Part shown: in pieces, positions 11,063 to 24,611 of the stretch | Layout: each line of letters starts with the position of its first letter | Position numbering within the stretch: position 1 is the first letter of the stretch | Assembly (NCBI RefSeq): GCF_018977255.1 | Contig: NW_024704742.1 | Coordinates: 134,170,001-134,234,000 of the forward strand | Direction of reading: 5' to 3' | DNA: 64,000 nucleotides | Origin: Callorhinchus milii | Taxonomy: Eukaryota | Made by a program: the position numbers and the translations under genes | Notes under the pieces: model-generated | What the model saw: only the letters and a program-made list of their open reading frames with translations | The model's database searches: none | Told to the model about the DNA's origin: nothing

Positions 11063-11775
11063 CAATAATGAACAGAATCGACAAGATAAGAGAGATGACA
11101 ACTCTTCTGTTACTCTGATGGTGGCATCCAAAACATGGGAACACAATGGGATTGAGTGGGATCTAGGATTGTTAAGTGTGAGATCAGAAAATATTTCTTC
11201 AAACAAAATGATGTGAAAATATGGAATCAAATGCTCCAGGTGGCTGTAGTGGCAGAATCAAATGGGATGATTAATATGGAGGTAAGTACTTAGCAACAAA
11301 TGTCTTTCCTCTTTTTTTTCCGCTTTCACTGAGACTCTTTCTGTTTCTCTTACATCTCCCTGTATGTAATTCACTCTTCTCTCTCACGAACATTCTTTTC
11401 TCCTTTCCTCTATCTATTACTTCATCCACTCGCACTCTTACACTGTCTCTTGTACATTCGTCCCTTGTGCTCACTCAGGATTCTCTGTATGTGTGTCTGC
11501 GTGTCCATGGGAACCATTTTTCGCTCAAAGTAGACTTTATACATGTGCGAAAGAAGAATTTGGAATGGCTAGATGTTGAGGTGCAGAAGCATATGTGCTA
11601 AGAATGGCAGGTGCTGTAGTAAATCGGATTGTAAGGTAGAAGCAAGTAAAGATGGTTGTTCTTAACTTCATTTCCTGGGCAGGAAGTAACGTCAAGGCAA
11701 ACATCTTGACCATGTGCCTCCTTATAACATGGTCCCTTGATGTCTTTTCATATCTGTGGATGTGCACCACACAAG

Positions 11776-12012
11776 GCAGGGCGAAACCTTGGGTAAGTTT
11801 ACTTACTCCACACGGCTAATAAAAATCCCTCCAAAATAACAAATTGGTTATTTTTAATCCACAAATGTTTGTGGGACACTGTACGCAATTGGCTGCTGCG
11901 TTTTGCCAAAAAATATATGGTCAATTCACTTTATAGCATATTCTGTGAAGCGCTTTGAGATGCCTAGAAGGCATGAAAATCGCTATATCAAATGCAAGGA
12001 TTATTATTATTA
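11776..12012 (+). mobile_element. SINE, short subfamily, 5' truncated
   Basis: GGCAGGGCGAAACCTTGGG..CAAATGCAAGG(ATT)n. Confidence 0.8.
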
Positions 12013-12470
12013 CAACACTTGCATTTATATAGCGCCCTCCTGCCAGGCGGCGGCCCAGAGGGCTTAACAATGGTGGAGGGGGAAGGGGGGAGGGGGAAGG
12101 TGACCATAGGCACAGTCGAAGAGGAAGGTCTTCAGACCCAACCTGAAAATGGGGAAGGAGGGGGTGAGGGGAAGGGATTGAGGGAGAGATTTCCATAGCT
12201 TCAGAGCATAGTGGCTGAAGGCACGACCGCCGATGGTGGAGCGGAAGATTCGAGGGAAAAGGAGGCCGTAGCCAGCAGAGTAGAGGCAGCAGGTAGTGCT
12301 GTGAGGAGAGAGGTGGTTGGAGAGATGGGGGGTGGGGGCAAGCCAAGGTGTGGAGGGATTTAAACACTAGAGTGAGGATCATGAAGTCGATCTGCTCTGT
12401 GACAGGGAGCCAGTAACGTTTGGCAAGGACTGGAGTAATCAGGGTGCGGAATTTAGTGACGGTGAGAAAC
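12013..12470 (-). mobile_element. L2 LINE 3' fragment
   Basis: ILTLVFKSLH.., KTFLFD-type terminus and tail, joined tail-to-tail with the preceding SINE. Confidence 0.75.
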
Positions 12471-12911
12471 GATTGGGACGGATACTCACAAGTAAGGATA
12501 TAGATGGGTTTGGGGAAAAGATGGGGAAATGGAATTTAAAGTTCTGCCAAAATTTGAATAAACTGACTGAACCAGTTTGACAGGCTGAATGATGCCCTCC
12601 TGTTCCTATGAAGCCAATTCATCACATGGAGTAGAGACAGGAGTGTCATTTCCACACCATAAATATTAAGCTCACAAAATACACAGTCACTCCACTTCAC
12701 AATATATTCCGTGAAACGCTTTGAAACATTTCGATAACGTGATAAGACGCTATATCAAATGCCAGGATTATTACTCTAATAATTTGAATCTTTTCATTTG
12801 AAGAACACTTTAAATTCAAGCATTCTTCAGGTAGGTGCATACTTCAAACTAACAGCCGTTAGATTGTAGGTGAAGTTAAGTTGTGAAGTTGTTAAATGTA
12901 AGACATTTTAT

Positions 12912-13285
12912 TTTCAGTTGGTAATATTCTTGCCTTGGTGTCAGAAGATTGTGGGTTCAAGCCCCATGTCAGGACTTCGAACTCAAGTAGTACTAAGCTG
13001 ACCGTCCTTCAAATGAGACACTAAATCGTGTCCCATCTGCCTGTTCAGGTGGACGTTAAAGATCCTATGGCACTATTTGAAGAGAAGGGAGCGTCTCCTG
13101 GTGTCTGGCAACCAACCTCCCAAATAAAATTGGCCATTCTCCTCACGTTTGTGGAACATTGCTCTGCACAAAATGGTTGTGCATTCGCCGACAAAACACA
13201 CAGTCACTGCACTTTACAGTGTATCCTGTGAAGTACTTTGGGACATACTCCTGACGGCGCTATACCAAACAAAATGATTATTAAT
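12912..13285 (+). mobile_element. older DeuSINE-like element
   Basis: GGGTTCAAGCCC B box; CCCATCTGCCTGTTCAGGTGGACGTTAAAGATCCTATGGCACTATTTGAAGAG (Deu-domain-like). Confidence 0.72.
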
Positions 13286-14227
13286 TGTTATTTTGGAAAA
13301 GTAAGGCCTTGAATATAATGAGTAAATACCTTAATACCAAAATAACTCCTGTAAAATATATAAATCTTAATCAATTATTATAATTTCCGTCATTTACTAT
13401 AAATACTGCTGTTTGTATTTGATAAGGAATAATATAAAATGTATTGGCAAGGGAGAAGGATTTGACATTATTCAGAAGTTACCAGAATTGTTTTCTTTAC
13501 GCATAGAGTAAATCAATGACCGGAACAGGTTGGTAGAAGCCAGGAACGCTAAAAAGTAGCTTGATGCTGTGATGGGGTGGTGGGGGGGGGAACAGTAGGG
13601 TGTGCGTTTTGTAGGGATAAGATCAGATGGTCCGAAGGACGCTCTGGAACGCTACCCTGTGAGGAGTGCTATATAAATGCAAGTTCTTGTTGTTGTTGAT
13701 CCAGACCATTTTAGTGATCTTGTGCTTGTGCTGTATGATGCAAGGAAGTTACGCTTGCAACCCTGAAAAGCATCTCAGCAATTCAGAATCTTCCAGGTTT
13801 ACAGTTTCCCACATGATTCCCAGGCTCAAATTTACCCTTAGGTTCAACTTGATTGAATGATTGATTAATACAGCTGCACCAAACATGCACAAAAAACTCG
13901 GTGAAATGTTATTCATTTTAGGAAATGTTTAATGTCTTGACTTGCACAGTTGCAGACTTCACTCCAATTCTCCTAAATGCTTCAGTTCCACTAAACCACA
14001 AGAAGCAGATGTAGTTTTATAGGGCACAATAAATATTACTAAAAAGATCATACTGTCTTACTAACATAAGGGGCAGCACAACCATCAGCAGTACAATTCC
14101 AAACCCAATATTAAAACCGAGACTGCCAGTAAGGCAACGTTTTCAGTTCACATACTGCAAAGCTAAACCTAATCACGAATGCTGTAGTAAGAGAACAATT
14201 TCATATTAACCCTACAGTATGTTAGGA

Positions 14228-14640
14228 TAATCATAATCCTTACATTCAATATAGTGCATTATCATGTCTCAAAGCACTTCACAGGATTATACTGTCAAAT
14301 GTGATGACACTTTTTATAGGCAAATACAGCAGCCAATTTGTGCCCAGCAATGTCCCACAAACATAAACTTAATAACCAATTTTATTTATAGGATTTTTGG
14401 CCAGATACCAGGAGAAATTCACTTCAAATTCACTTTTGATGGGAACTTTAACAGACAGACGGGATATTGAACAGACAGACGGGATCTTGTTTTAACAACT
14501 CATCAGAAAGATGGCACCTCCAACAAAGCACTTCATCAGAGTGTCAGCCTAGTTCGTGAGTTCAGAGCCTCAACACAGGGTTTGAATCACAACCTTCTGA
14601 CTCAGTGACGAGAGTGCTCCTGACTGAATCACGCTGACAG
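14228..14640 (-). mobile_element. older DeuSINE-like element containing a 20-bp tandem duplication (14450-14489)
   Basis: Same block order as 6195-6626; AACAGACAGACGGGAT(A/C)TTG twice. Confidence 0.65.
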
Positions 14641-16519
14641 GTCTAATTGATTTGTTATGAAACATTAGACTTTTAACATTTATCCTAAAGATTTGCTGCT
14701 GCATGTGTTCAAACCTTTCTCTATCCCATCCCCAATCTGTGGTACAATGAGCAGCCTGAAGGTTTCAGAGCCATTTTGTTTTCGATCACCAATCGTGGCA
14801 TATCATCTTAATCCGAATGGTACCCTGTGAAGCGGCATTGTATTCCAAGATGTTGAAAACTTAAAATTTAGAAACCAACTTTATCCAGAAGTTAAGGGAG
14901 CGGGTGCTTCACACGTGTTACAAGAATTGATAGGAAAATTCAATAACAAGTTTGATGTGTTAATCATCACATTGAAACTGAATGAAACCTTGCTTTTTTT
15001 CACCCCCTATTCTCTTTCACAGAATGTCACCATTTGTCAAGTCGAGTAAACTATTGCACAGGCCATGAAGCAATGCTGGGCATCTTGTGTGTTACTGTCC
15101 AAACAAATGTCCTCAGTGATCTCACTCTGAATAGACAGCATCAAAATACACCTCCACACTTGCTGATAGATTGATATTATATTAATTTCAGGTGAATCAA
15201 TACAACTGAAGGATTGATGAGCTGCAAATAAATTTGCTGCAAATAAACCTTTACAATGTTGGCCAATAGGAGCTTTAAAGCCACTCATTAATAACCAAGA
15301 GGACTGGTGTGTTCCAGGTATAGAAATATAATATGGCAAATTAATCCTGATATATTAGGATTTGAAAGTGAATAGTGTGGCATTTACCCTTTACTGGATA
15401 TTCAATGGGAAAAGAAATCTGTTACCAGTTCTAAAATTAAATATACATTGAGATGCTATAGGTTGTTGTAGTTTCTTTTAGCTTGTTTTCACAGCATGAT
15501 TCTCACCTACACTAATATTCACAATAGTAATGTGAATAGCATGGGAAAGAAGAGATCATTCGAGATTTTAATCGACGTTTTCAATCATCTTTCCCCATTA
15601 CTTCCCCTTCAGCTGTCACCCTCACCCTGTCTCGGGTGCCCAGCCAGCAGTGGGAAATACTTTGAGGCGTCCTCCTGACGTGAGGATGTGAATTCTATAT
15701 AAATGTAAATAGATTGTATTGGCCTACAAATGCACTCACTGCACTTTACTGTTTACTGAGATGTTTGGATGATGTGATAAGGTTCTACAACAAATGCAAG
15801 GATCTATTATCACACACACTTGGGAAATGCTCTATTAGTCTGATACAAATGGCAAGGTCATTTGAATCCAATTATTTTAGTACAGGGAGTCATTCTCTAG
15901 GATATCCTCAGGAATTTTATAAGTTGAAGCAGACAGAAGTCAATGATTTGCTGAGTACAACCATTCACAAATGTTAATTCTGCCAAAGACTGATATTTGT
16001 TCAGCGAGTTGAAAAAAACAAATGTTGGATCCACAGGCCACATAACCGGGTTCTTACAAGTTTTCAGCATCTTGCAAGCAGTATTTTTATTGAGCCACTC
16101 AAAGGCATGTAATGAGGAGACCATGGATTCAGAGTTGTGAAGGGAAAATTTAGACTAGACAACAGCAAGTATTTATTTACATTGCAAGTAAACAACAGCT
16201 GGAGAGGGTTGCCATACTTGAGGCTAGGTTACTGGTGTAACTTACGAAAGAGCTTCATACTGTAAAGTAATCTAATTCCCTTTTGAATGTTATCACATCT
16301 GTCTTTTGGATGAGATTTTAAACCAATGCCCCATCTGCCTGATTGGGTGGACATTAAAGATCCCATGGCACTATTCGAAAAGAGAAGAGAGTTTCTCCTG
16401 TTGTTCTGGCCAACGATCTCCCAGCTAAGATTGGTCATTTGTTTCATGGATGTTTCTGGGACATTGCTGCCCGCCATTGGCTGCCACATTTTCCTGCAAA
16501 TACATATTCACTCCATTTC

Positions 16520-16855
16520 CCTTGTATAGCGCCTTTCACATTGAGAGGACGTCACAAGGGGCTGGACAGTTGAGGATTCACACCCGAGCTGGGAATTGGG
16601 ATCAGAAGGGCAGTGAGGGTGGGGCTCGGAGAGTGACCAACGGCACAGTTGAAGAGAAGGGCCTTCAGATGGGCCTTGAAGGGGGCAAGGAAGGGGGAAA
16701 AGGTGAAGGGACTGGGATGGAGTTCCAAAGAGTGAGTACAGAAAGGCTGAAGGCCCAACTACCATTGGTGGGGTGGGCAGGGTGGGGGACGTGGAGTAGG
16801 GCGGAGCCCAGAGCGGCGGGACAGGACAGGTCGGTAAGGGGTTAGCAGGTCACAT
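16520..16855 (-). mobile_element. L2 LINE 3' fragment
   Basis: FKAHLKALLFNCAV terminus and family tail. Confidence 0.78.
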
Positions 16856-16914
16856 AAACTATGAATCTCATTCATTCAACACCTTTCATACAGATTTTCC
16901 ATTAATTGGTAAGT

Positions 16915-17360
16915 TCACTGAAGCTAATTCTCACATGTGACTGATACGAGCAAGAATAATCACACCCAGGATAAAAAAAAACACAAAATCACACTCAGCA
17001 CCTCCAATGTAAATAAATCATTTGCTGAAATGACATTAATCTCTACGATCAACAAAACTGTTCTCAAACAATGTAATCATGATCTTTAATCCGCTGTATT
17101 GATATTCGTAAGTGAACTATATCACTCAGCTATCCCAACTTCAGATATAAAAGCTCATTAATTCTAGATATACAAAAAAACACTCTCCACAACACAACGT
17201 TCAATAAGAGCTCACTGAAGCTAATTCCCACATATGGCTGATGTGAGGGAGAATAATCACATCCAGGATAAATTAATTCAAAACCACACTCAGCGTCATC
17301 AATGTAAATCATGTGCTGAACTGACATTAAGATCCTCAATCAACAACACTGATCTCAAAA
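16915..17360. repeat. diverged direct repeat, two units of about 150-160 bp, period 297 bp
   Basis: TCACTGAAGCTAATTC, AGAATAATCACA, CCAGGATAAA, CACACTCAGC and TGACATTAA recur in order from 16915 and from 17212. Confidence 0.85.
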
Positions 17361-18040
17361 CACTAATAAGGATTTCTACATTTTTTTAAATCATTACCAA
17401 AGACTGCATAACAGAATCATAGAAATGTATAGCTCAGAGAAGGCCATTCAGCTAATCATGTCAGTGCTGGCTCAGTTACCCAAACCCCTTTAGTTTACCA
17501 AGCCCATACTATCATTCAACTCTTGGAATCTAGTTGTAACGATTATGTGTGACAAGAATGAACTAGCATTTTTATATCACCTTATCACGTTGATCACAAC
17601 TCAAAAGCTTTACAGCGACTACAGTCAAGTGTTCACTATTTTTGTAGGCAAATGCAGAATCCACTATGTGCAGACGAAAGTCCCCAAGACAGCCAAGAGG
17701 CAATTGACAATAATCTGCAGGATTGTTGGCCAGGACGCTTCTTTACACATAGTTTCATTGGATTTTTATAAAATCCGCCTGACAAACCAGCAAATTCAGT
17801 TTAATGCCTTATCTAATGGATGGCAATTCTGACGATGCATCACTCACTCCCCACCTCCCACACACCACCCTCAGTAATGCACTTGATTGTCATCTTAAGA
17901 CTATGAGTTCAAGTACTGACGTAAGATTTGAACCAACATCCTCCTGATCTAAATAGTCTGTGGGGGTGGTACCAACTGAACCACTGTACCACTAGTTGAC
18001 ATATAAAGTAGGTACTGTCCACCACCACTTGCTCTTTTAC

Positions 18041-18310
18041 CTTTCCATGGTCCTTCTTCATGTGAGAAATATAGTCCTCTCGCTCAGGGAACCATTCCTC
18101 ACAATCCCTGCACATCCAGCCAGGGTTGTTCGCTTTGGATCGGCTCCCAGTTTTCCTCACCACTACCGCGGTTTTCTTTCCCAGCCAGTCAGTCCCATTG
18201 ATGCCGTTTCCATCTGCTTTATTCTGTCCCATTGTTGTGGCTACAGCCTTCACGACCAAAGGCTTTAAGTTAGGAGGTCCTTCAATGCTCTTGAGTGTAC
18301 CATGCATAGA
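18041..18310 (-). CDS. ZNF532: ZNF532 coding exon 5 (SMHGTLKSIEGPPNL...HMKKDHGK)
   Basis: Acceptor ctctcatcttacAG; donor AAG|GTAAAA; 270 nt, phase 0 to 0; inside ORF 17909..18346. Confidence 0.93.
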
Positions 18311-19150
18311 CTGTAAGATGAGAGAGAGAGACACACACACCCACACAGGTAGATGGTCAGAGTCAGCTCACAACTTTCCCTGTGGTAATTGGGAACAAAG
18401 TTAAGAAGCAAATGTTTTTTGAAGTTAGTTTTCCTTAACATTGAAAAACCTGCTTTTATTTCAGAACGTAAAGGTAAAATGAATGACCCAGTTTACTCAA
18501 ACATTAAAAACACAGGAGGATTTCAATCTGAGAATGGCTTTACCCAATGGAGGCAATTAAAAATGTATGTTTGAAAAGCTTTCAGGTTGCATCTAAAAAT
18601 GAGACAAAAACTAGGGATGTACTTTAAAGCACCAGGGAAGTCATGCTGGAGTATTTGCTTTCCATTTACTTCTCCCCATTCTTTAGCCTCTGTGACCCCA
18701 CTTGGCCAGGACACTTCATTATGAATAGTGTCATTGGATCTTTATAAGATCTGCCTAACAAACAAGCTGATTCAGTTAGTGCCTCATCCAAAGGATGGCA
18801 ATCCCAAAGCTGGGTCAGCAGGGTCGAGATCTGTTCCCACTGGAGCCCTGTATGAGAGATCCTAATGTGAGTCAATTGCCTTCTGATTTCAATCTTCTTC
18901 CCGTTTTAACCCAAACAAGACAAACAAAATCAAAAATTCAATGCGTGGGGCAACAGCAACAATTTGAGATGTACGTAGCGCCTTTCAGATGGGAGGTCGT
19001 CTCAAGGGGCTTAAGAAGATGAAATTGTAGATACAAACCTGCGCCCTGCTATGGAGCTTTGTTCCACTGATTTTATTTTTATATGAAATAAAACTTTTTT
19101 CTTCAACTTATTTCAAACAACGCAACAATATAAAGGGAGCTGGAGCTTAC

Positions 19151-19313
19151 CTTAATGTGTTCTACCATGAGCTGTTTCTGTGCATACAGTAATGCACAGT
19201 CCGGGCACTTGAAGACAGACACCTTCTGTTTAGCAACGTGCTGATCAAAGTGGCTGTACAGCAGAGTTTGCTGCGTAAATACAGTGTCACACATAGAGCA
19301 TTTATAGATTATT
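19151..19313 (-). CDS. ZNF532: ZNF532 coding exon 4 ([12 protein letters not shown]...QLMVEHIK)
   Basis: Acceptor ttttattttcAG; donor AAG|GTAAGC; 163 nt, phase 2 to 0; overlaps ORF 19103..19294. Confidence 0.93.
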
Positions 19314-19544
19314 CTGAAAATAAAATAAACACAAATTGAGCACTATTTTATTGTTATTCATTTAAAGCTGCCATTTGTAACCGTCCTTTTCTTTGAACTT
19401 CAAAAATATTCTAGGAAGCAGCAATTTATAGTGGTCAAACCATCTGAAGTGCTTTTCGGTAATTCCTGTCAAATGGAGTGATTGTTTTTGAAGGCAAACA
19501 CAGCAGTCATTTGTCTACAGCAGGGTCTCTTGCACAAACAATGA

Positions 19545-19902
19545 TAATAATAATAGCGCCTTATCACCTCTTCAAGGCAGCTCAAAGCTCTTCACAGAAT
19601 ATACTGTAAAGTGAATTGATTATATTTTGTGGGAGAAACACAGCAGCCAATTGCGTACAGCAGTATCCCACAAACAGTCGTGGACTGAGTGACCAAATTT
19701 TTATTATTTTTAAAAAAATTAGAAGGATTATTACCCCCGGAAAAGCGATCCGCCAATTGAATAACAACTGGGTTCATATTTACTGCTAGGTGAACAGAGG
19801 CATGTGGAGTAAGGAAACTTGCCCTAGGTTTCGTCCTGCTAGGAATCAAACTCAGGTCCTCTCGCTTTCGAGGCAAGTGCTCAACCACTGAGCTACAGGA
19901 CT
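19545..19902 (-). mobile_element. tRNA-derived SINE, long body with short-type head
   Basis: GTCCTGTAGCTCAGTGG head plus CTGTTCACCTAGCAGTAAATATGAACCCAG segment. Confidence 0.85.
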
Positions 19903-20292
19903 CGCTTGACAATTAGTTCCATGGGATCAATAATATGATAGGAGTTTATTGTCTCATCTTATTGTCACGGCATTGATCCTTCAGTATTGCACTGGAGTGC
20001 CAGCCTAGGCTGTGACATCCAAGGCCAAATGTGTGGTATGAACCTACAATCATTTGACTCGGAGGCGAGAGTGAAACAATTGAAACAAGCTAAGATCTAG
20101 CTCATATTAGCTGCCATTTTGTGTCTGCTAAGGTTGAGATTTAACATAACCTACTGTCTAAAACTTGCAATCTTTTACACTAAGTCGGTGTAATAGCACT
20201 TCCCATTATAAAGATTTAGTGGAAAAAATCAATTTTTAGCAATTTTTGCATTAGACACAAATGACCATTTCTTGGTTGGTCATACTTACCTT

Positions 20293-20360
20293 CATAGGAA
20301 CATAGGAACATAGGAATTGCAAGACAAAAAAAGGCCAAGGTCCATCTAGTCTGCCTAGTC
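20293..20360 (-). mobile_element. CR1-like LINE 3' terminus
   Basis: (CATAGGAA)x3 octamer tail. Confidence 0.55.
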
Positions 20361-22264
20361 AATTGTTACAATAATGGAAATGTTGATAGCAGTTAATCCT
20401 GTATATATTAGCCTACAATGCAGAGGAAAATTTGGGAACTTTAGACACAAAGTTACCTAATTCTTCCTGTATTCTATAAATAAGATTTCCCATCTCAATC
20501 CATTTCTGATCACACCTGAAACATTGACTGATCGTTCTCTCAGAGGTTGATTGAGCTTCTCTGGGTTCCCAGCATTTTCCTGCTTTTATTTGGACTTTCC
20601 AACATGTTCATCTCTTCTAAGGAACTGCTGCTTCTCATCATTTTGAAATGGATTCCAATTTTTGAGTTGAAGCATTTAACATTCGGAAAGATATTTATAT
20701 AGTGCCTTTCCCATAAGGTGGATGTATTTCAGAAAGATGATTATCAAACGGTGTTTTGGGTTTAAGGAAATAAGGTGTCAAACTCTTGTTTGCCAAGGAA
20801 AGTAGACATTGAACACAAAAAGCTTCTCAGTGGAGAAAACCAGCCAAACAGCAGCTTTCCGCTCTCACTATCATTCACTCTTCACTCAAGTAATAACATT
20901 GAAGCAAGTGTCAAAAAGCTCAGCTCTTGATTTCTAGCCTCGATTCAGTCTTTTGACTCCGCCGCAACCCAGTCCCTCCGGTGACACAGAGAATTGTCAG
21001 CGCCTTGCAGCCCAACGCTGAGCCCAGATGAAACATAAAGGCAGAAAATTCTTTGGAATCATAATAAACTGCATCAAACGAAATTATGAGCAAACAAGTC
21101 GCTTGGAAATGTCAGGAGTACAAATGGCTCTAATTATTTCACTCTGCCAACTCACAGGCAGTTCCAAAGCTCTGGGCAATACAGGTACTCTTTCTGTCAT
21201 GCAGCTTTGACATTTCAATTAAGACTGAATAGACGTAATGGGGAGAGGCGGGTAAAACAGTCACTGTGATCTTATACTGCAGCAAAAATTCACATTTACT
21301 CATCGTTTAGGAACTTTGCTGGTGCAGACTGGCTGCCACGTTTGCCCCAATCACAAAATTCCATATTAAACTCAAGTTTATCATTTTATTTCCGCATCAT
21401 GATTCCCTTTTTGATGGAGTCATTAACCTTAGACACATCTGCCTTCTGGTTCAGTTTGATGTGAAGAAGGCAGACACCATCATTTCAAAGAAATAAAATA
21501 TTTTCCCCTTCTCATCAAAAATCCCACACCCCCCCCCCAAAAAAAGAATTGGTCATTCATCTCGTTGTTTGTAGGATGTTACTGGTGCAATTGCCTACAA
21601 AACACTCAGTCCATTTCTATTTAATCTGATACATGCTAAAAGCAGGAAGTGATGTTGGCAGCAATTTGCTGACTCCAAAACTGGTCATTGTTTAAAAATG
21701 TTGGAAGCTAAAATGAATGACCTGGTTCACCAGATCTTTGCCAACAGTGCTTCCTGTGCGCAGCAGCAAGAAATGACCTTGGGGTAGTTTAATGACCTGG
21801 AAGTTGGTCATTTGGGCACAAAAGCCAGTTGCATGTGAGTGGGAAGTGAGCAAATTGGCTATGAGCACCTTGGGACATCTTCCCGACGTGAAAGGCGCTA
21901 TACAAATGTAATTTTGTATTGTATGAGCATATGCAGTGAATGGGGTGCACACTGCAACTGTATTATAACTGAATTCATGTTATAAAGAAGCACGTTACAT
22001 TGGGATTGCACTGTATTTCCTTACAGGATTCCTTAGAAAGATTCCTTAGAAAGAGAGTTGTGCAAACAAGCTATTCTTGCCCGTCGATGAGGATCCTAAT
22101 GAGATTTTTAATTAAGGAGTCCCCTCAAGAAATATCGCAGATTAGACTCCGCTAGGCAGAGCAGAGAAGCAACATTTTGCCTAGTAGGAATGCATTTTCA
22201 ACTTAATAAGCACAAACATTTTCATAACTTTCAGGACATTAAATATCAATCTCATTTTACTCAC

Positions 22265-22441
22265 TTAGCTTCTCCTATCTTGATGCCTGGGTGCTGGGTG
22301 TAGGCGTGTGAATGAGTACTCGGTGCTGATTTGAAAGCCATGGGGCAGATCGGACATTTGTAGAAGATTTCACAGTGTGCCCCCTGGATGTGAGATTTGA
22401 GGGCAGCCAGGTCAGCGTAGATAACACCACAATGTATACAA
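22265..22441 (-). CDS. ZNF532: ZNF532 coding exon 3 ([59 protein letters not shown])
   Basis: Manual translation, not called in this frame by the ORF track. Acceptor ttttcctcctgcAG; donor AA|GTGAGT; 177 nt, phase 2 to 2. Confidence 0.93.
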
Positions 22442-22916
22442 CTGCAGGAGGAAAATCAGTACAGATGTCAGAGCAAACAGCAGATGAAAGCCAGAAAATG
22501 CTGCAGTCAAGTTGAAAGTTACTTTCTCACCGTGAAATTCTCCTATATGATCAAGTGAAGGAAGATACGTTTTAGGTAACATGACAGTCAATTTGCACAC
22601 AGCAAGGTCTCAAATGCAGCGACAATTAATTTGGGGTTTCTTGGCTTGGAAACCTGGCGAAATTCCTTTTCCTTTCAAACAATATTATTTTTGTAACAGT
22701 GCTATGGGACCCAAACTTAGCATTTCATTGGACCATCAGCCTAGATAGCAACCTCAAAATCCCCAAACAGAATAGTACAATTAACCAACTTCCAGGTCAT
22801 TAAACTATCCCTCTGACCTAGAGTCAAGAGTGCGACTTACTGAGCCAGGATACCTTCAGCTATTTAACAGAGGTTAAGAATTCAAGTATTCGTAAAAAAA
22901 ATCCTAGACTTTTCAA

Positions 22917-23281
22917 ATAATAATAATCCATGCATTTGATACAGCGCTTTATCACGTAGTTGAGACGTCTCAAAGAGATTCACATAATATATTGCAAATG
23001 GATTAACTTGAGTACTTGTGGGTGCAACATCGCAGCCCAATTGCGCACAGTAGTGTCCCAGTCGTGAAATGAGTGACCAATATTTTATTTTTATTTTGGA
23101 GGGATTATTACGCTAAGAAAGTGATCCGCGAAATTGACTAACAACTGGGTTCCTACTTACAGCTAGGTAAACCCAGGTGCGTTATAAGGAAACTAGCCTA
23201 GGGTCTCATCCCGCCCAGGAATCAAACCCAGTCCCTCTTGTTTGCGAGGTGAGTGCGTCAACCACTATGCTACGGGACTCC
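22917..23281 (-). mobile_element. tRNA-derived SINE, long subfamily, full length
   Basis: Head, central segment and tail all present. Confidence 0.85.
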
Positions 23282-24432
23282 TTGCATGGGCTAATCCAGT
23301 TACCCAGGAACCCCAACCAATTAAGCTTTTTACGGGGCAGATTTTCCCCCATTTATTTTCCGGAGGTAAATAAAAGCAAAATATATTCCTTTTACAAGCA
23401 TGGTTAATTTCCTGCCTGCTGGCTAATTTCCTGCCTCTTTGTTGTCTGCAAACAACAAGGAAGCTGGGATTGTCTGAACACACATTCAATTATTATACTA
23501 CCTAATAGGTTTTGCCTCAGCCTTTGGACTGTTCATGTGCTGTGCTTTATAGCTTAGAAAGAGCACATCAGCTCTGGGATCAGCAGCTACTGTGGCAAGG
23601 TGAATTTCCGATAACTAGAATAAATTATGCAAACTGCCCTGATATGCATTCACAGAACTGTAATAATATTCCTTGCATTTGATTAGCGCCTCATCAAGGG
23701 ACGTCTCAAAGTGCTTCACAGGATATACTATAAAAAGAAAGTTGACTACCACTCCCCATGCCCCCAAAAAATAAATTCTCCGCTGCTCTTTTGAAACATA
23801 ATAAACACAAATTAAAATACAAATACCCACAGTATTAAAGAAACTTAAAACTAGCAATTACAACTTGGGGTTTGAAAAGAGAGGAAAATTTTCAGTTATC
23901 AAAACACAAAGAAAAAAAAACTCACAAAAGCTATACAGCCATTCCCACCTGAAATTAGTGATAGAACACAATACTTCTTCTCAGGCTTATTTAATGATAC
24001 AGATTTTGGAGAAACGCTTTTAACTCTCAAATCTATCAAGGGATATCAACATAACTTCGGCCTCATTTTCTTAAAGGAAAAACATCTTTACGGACATCCA
24101 AGGTATGAGGAAAGGCTACAGAAGCTGGAAATGTTTACACAAAAGCCAAGGTTCAGGGGAAATCACACAAATGAGCTGATAGGGAGAGGGCATGGCAGGG
24201 GGATTTGAGAAGAGCGGTGAGAAGTGGCTGAAAGCTCACTTGCTGATGGTGGTGGGATGGAATGGTTGAGTGAGTGGCATGAGATAGGCTAGTTAATCGA
24301 GCAGAGGGAGCAGCTGGAAGAGTAGGGATGCAGGAGATCACAGGAGTAGGGTGGACACAGCTGTGGAGCATTTGAAGGAAATGAGCTTAAGTAAATACCT
24401 GGTTCTTTGAGGAACACAAGCGCGAGACTCAC

Positions 24433-24611
24433 CGGTATCCCACTTTGCGTGTGTAGTGTAGGCAGTTTCTGGTAATGTGAGTCTGAAAGTGCGAGGACCT
24501 GCAGATGGCTCCACATTCTGGGCATGTGTACGGAGATTTGTGCTGATGTATTCGTACGTGTGATGTGAAGCTGCACTTGTTGGGAAGCAGCATCTGACAG
24601 ATCTGGCATGT
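24433..24611 (-). CDS. ZNF532: ZNF532 coding exon 2 (TCQICQMLL...TRKVGYR)
   Basis: Acceptor tttctgcaatacAG; donor CG|GTGAGT; 179 nt, phase 0 to 2; two zinc-finger motifs. Confidence 0.92.

Noticed and set aside
20282..20291. U1 snRNA 5' end (ATACTTACCT)
   Set aside because: Only 10 nt match; no U1 body follows.
22027..22053. 13-bp tandem duplication GATTCCTTAGAAA (similar small ones near 60090-60145 and 60863-60910)
   Set aside because: Ordinary slippage duplications with no further structure.
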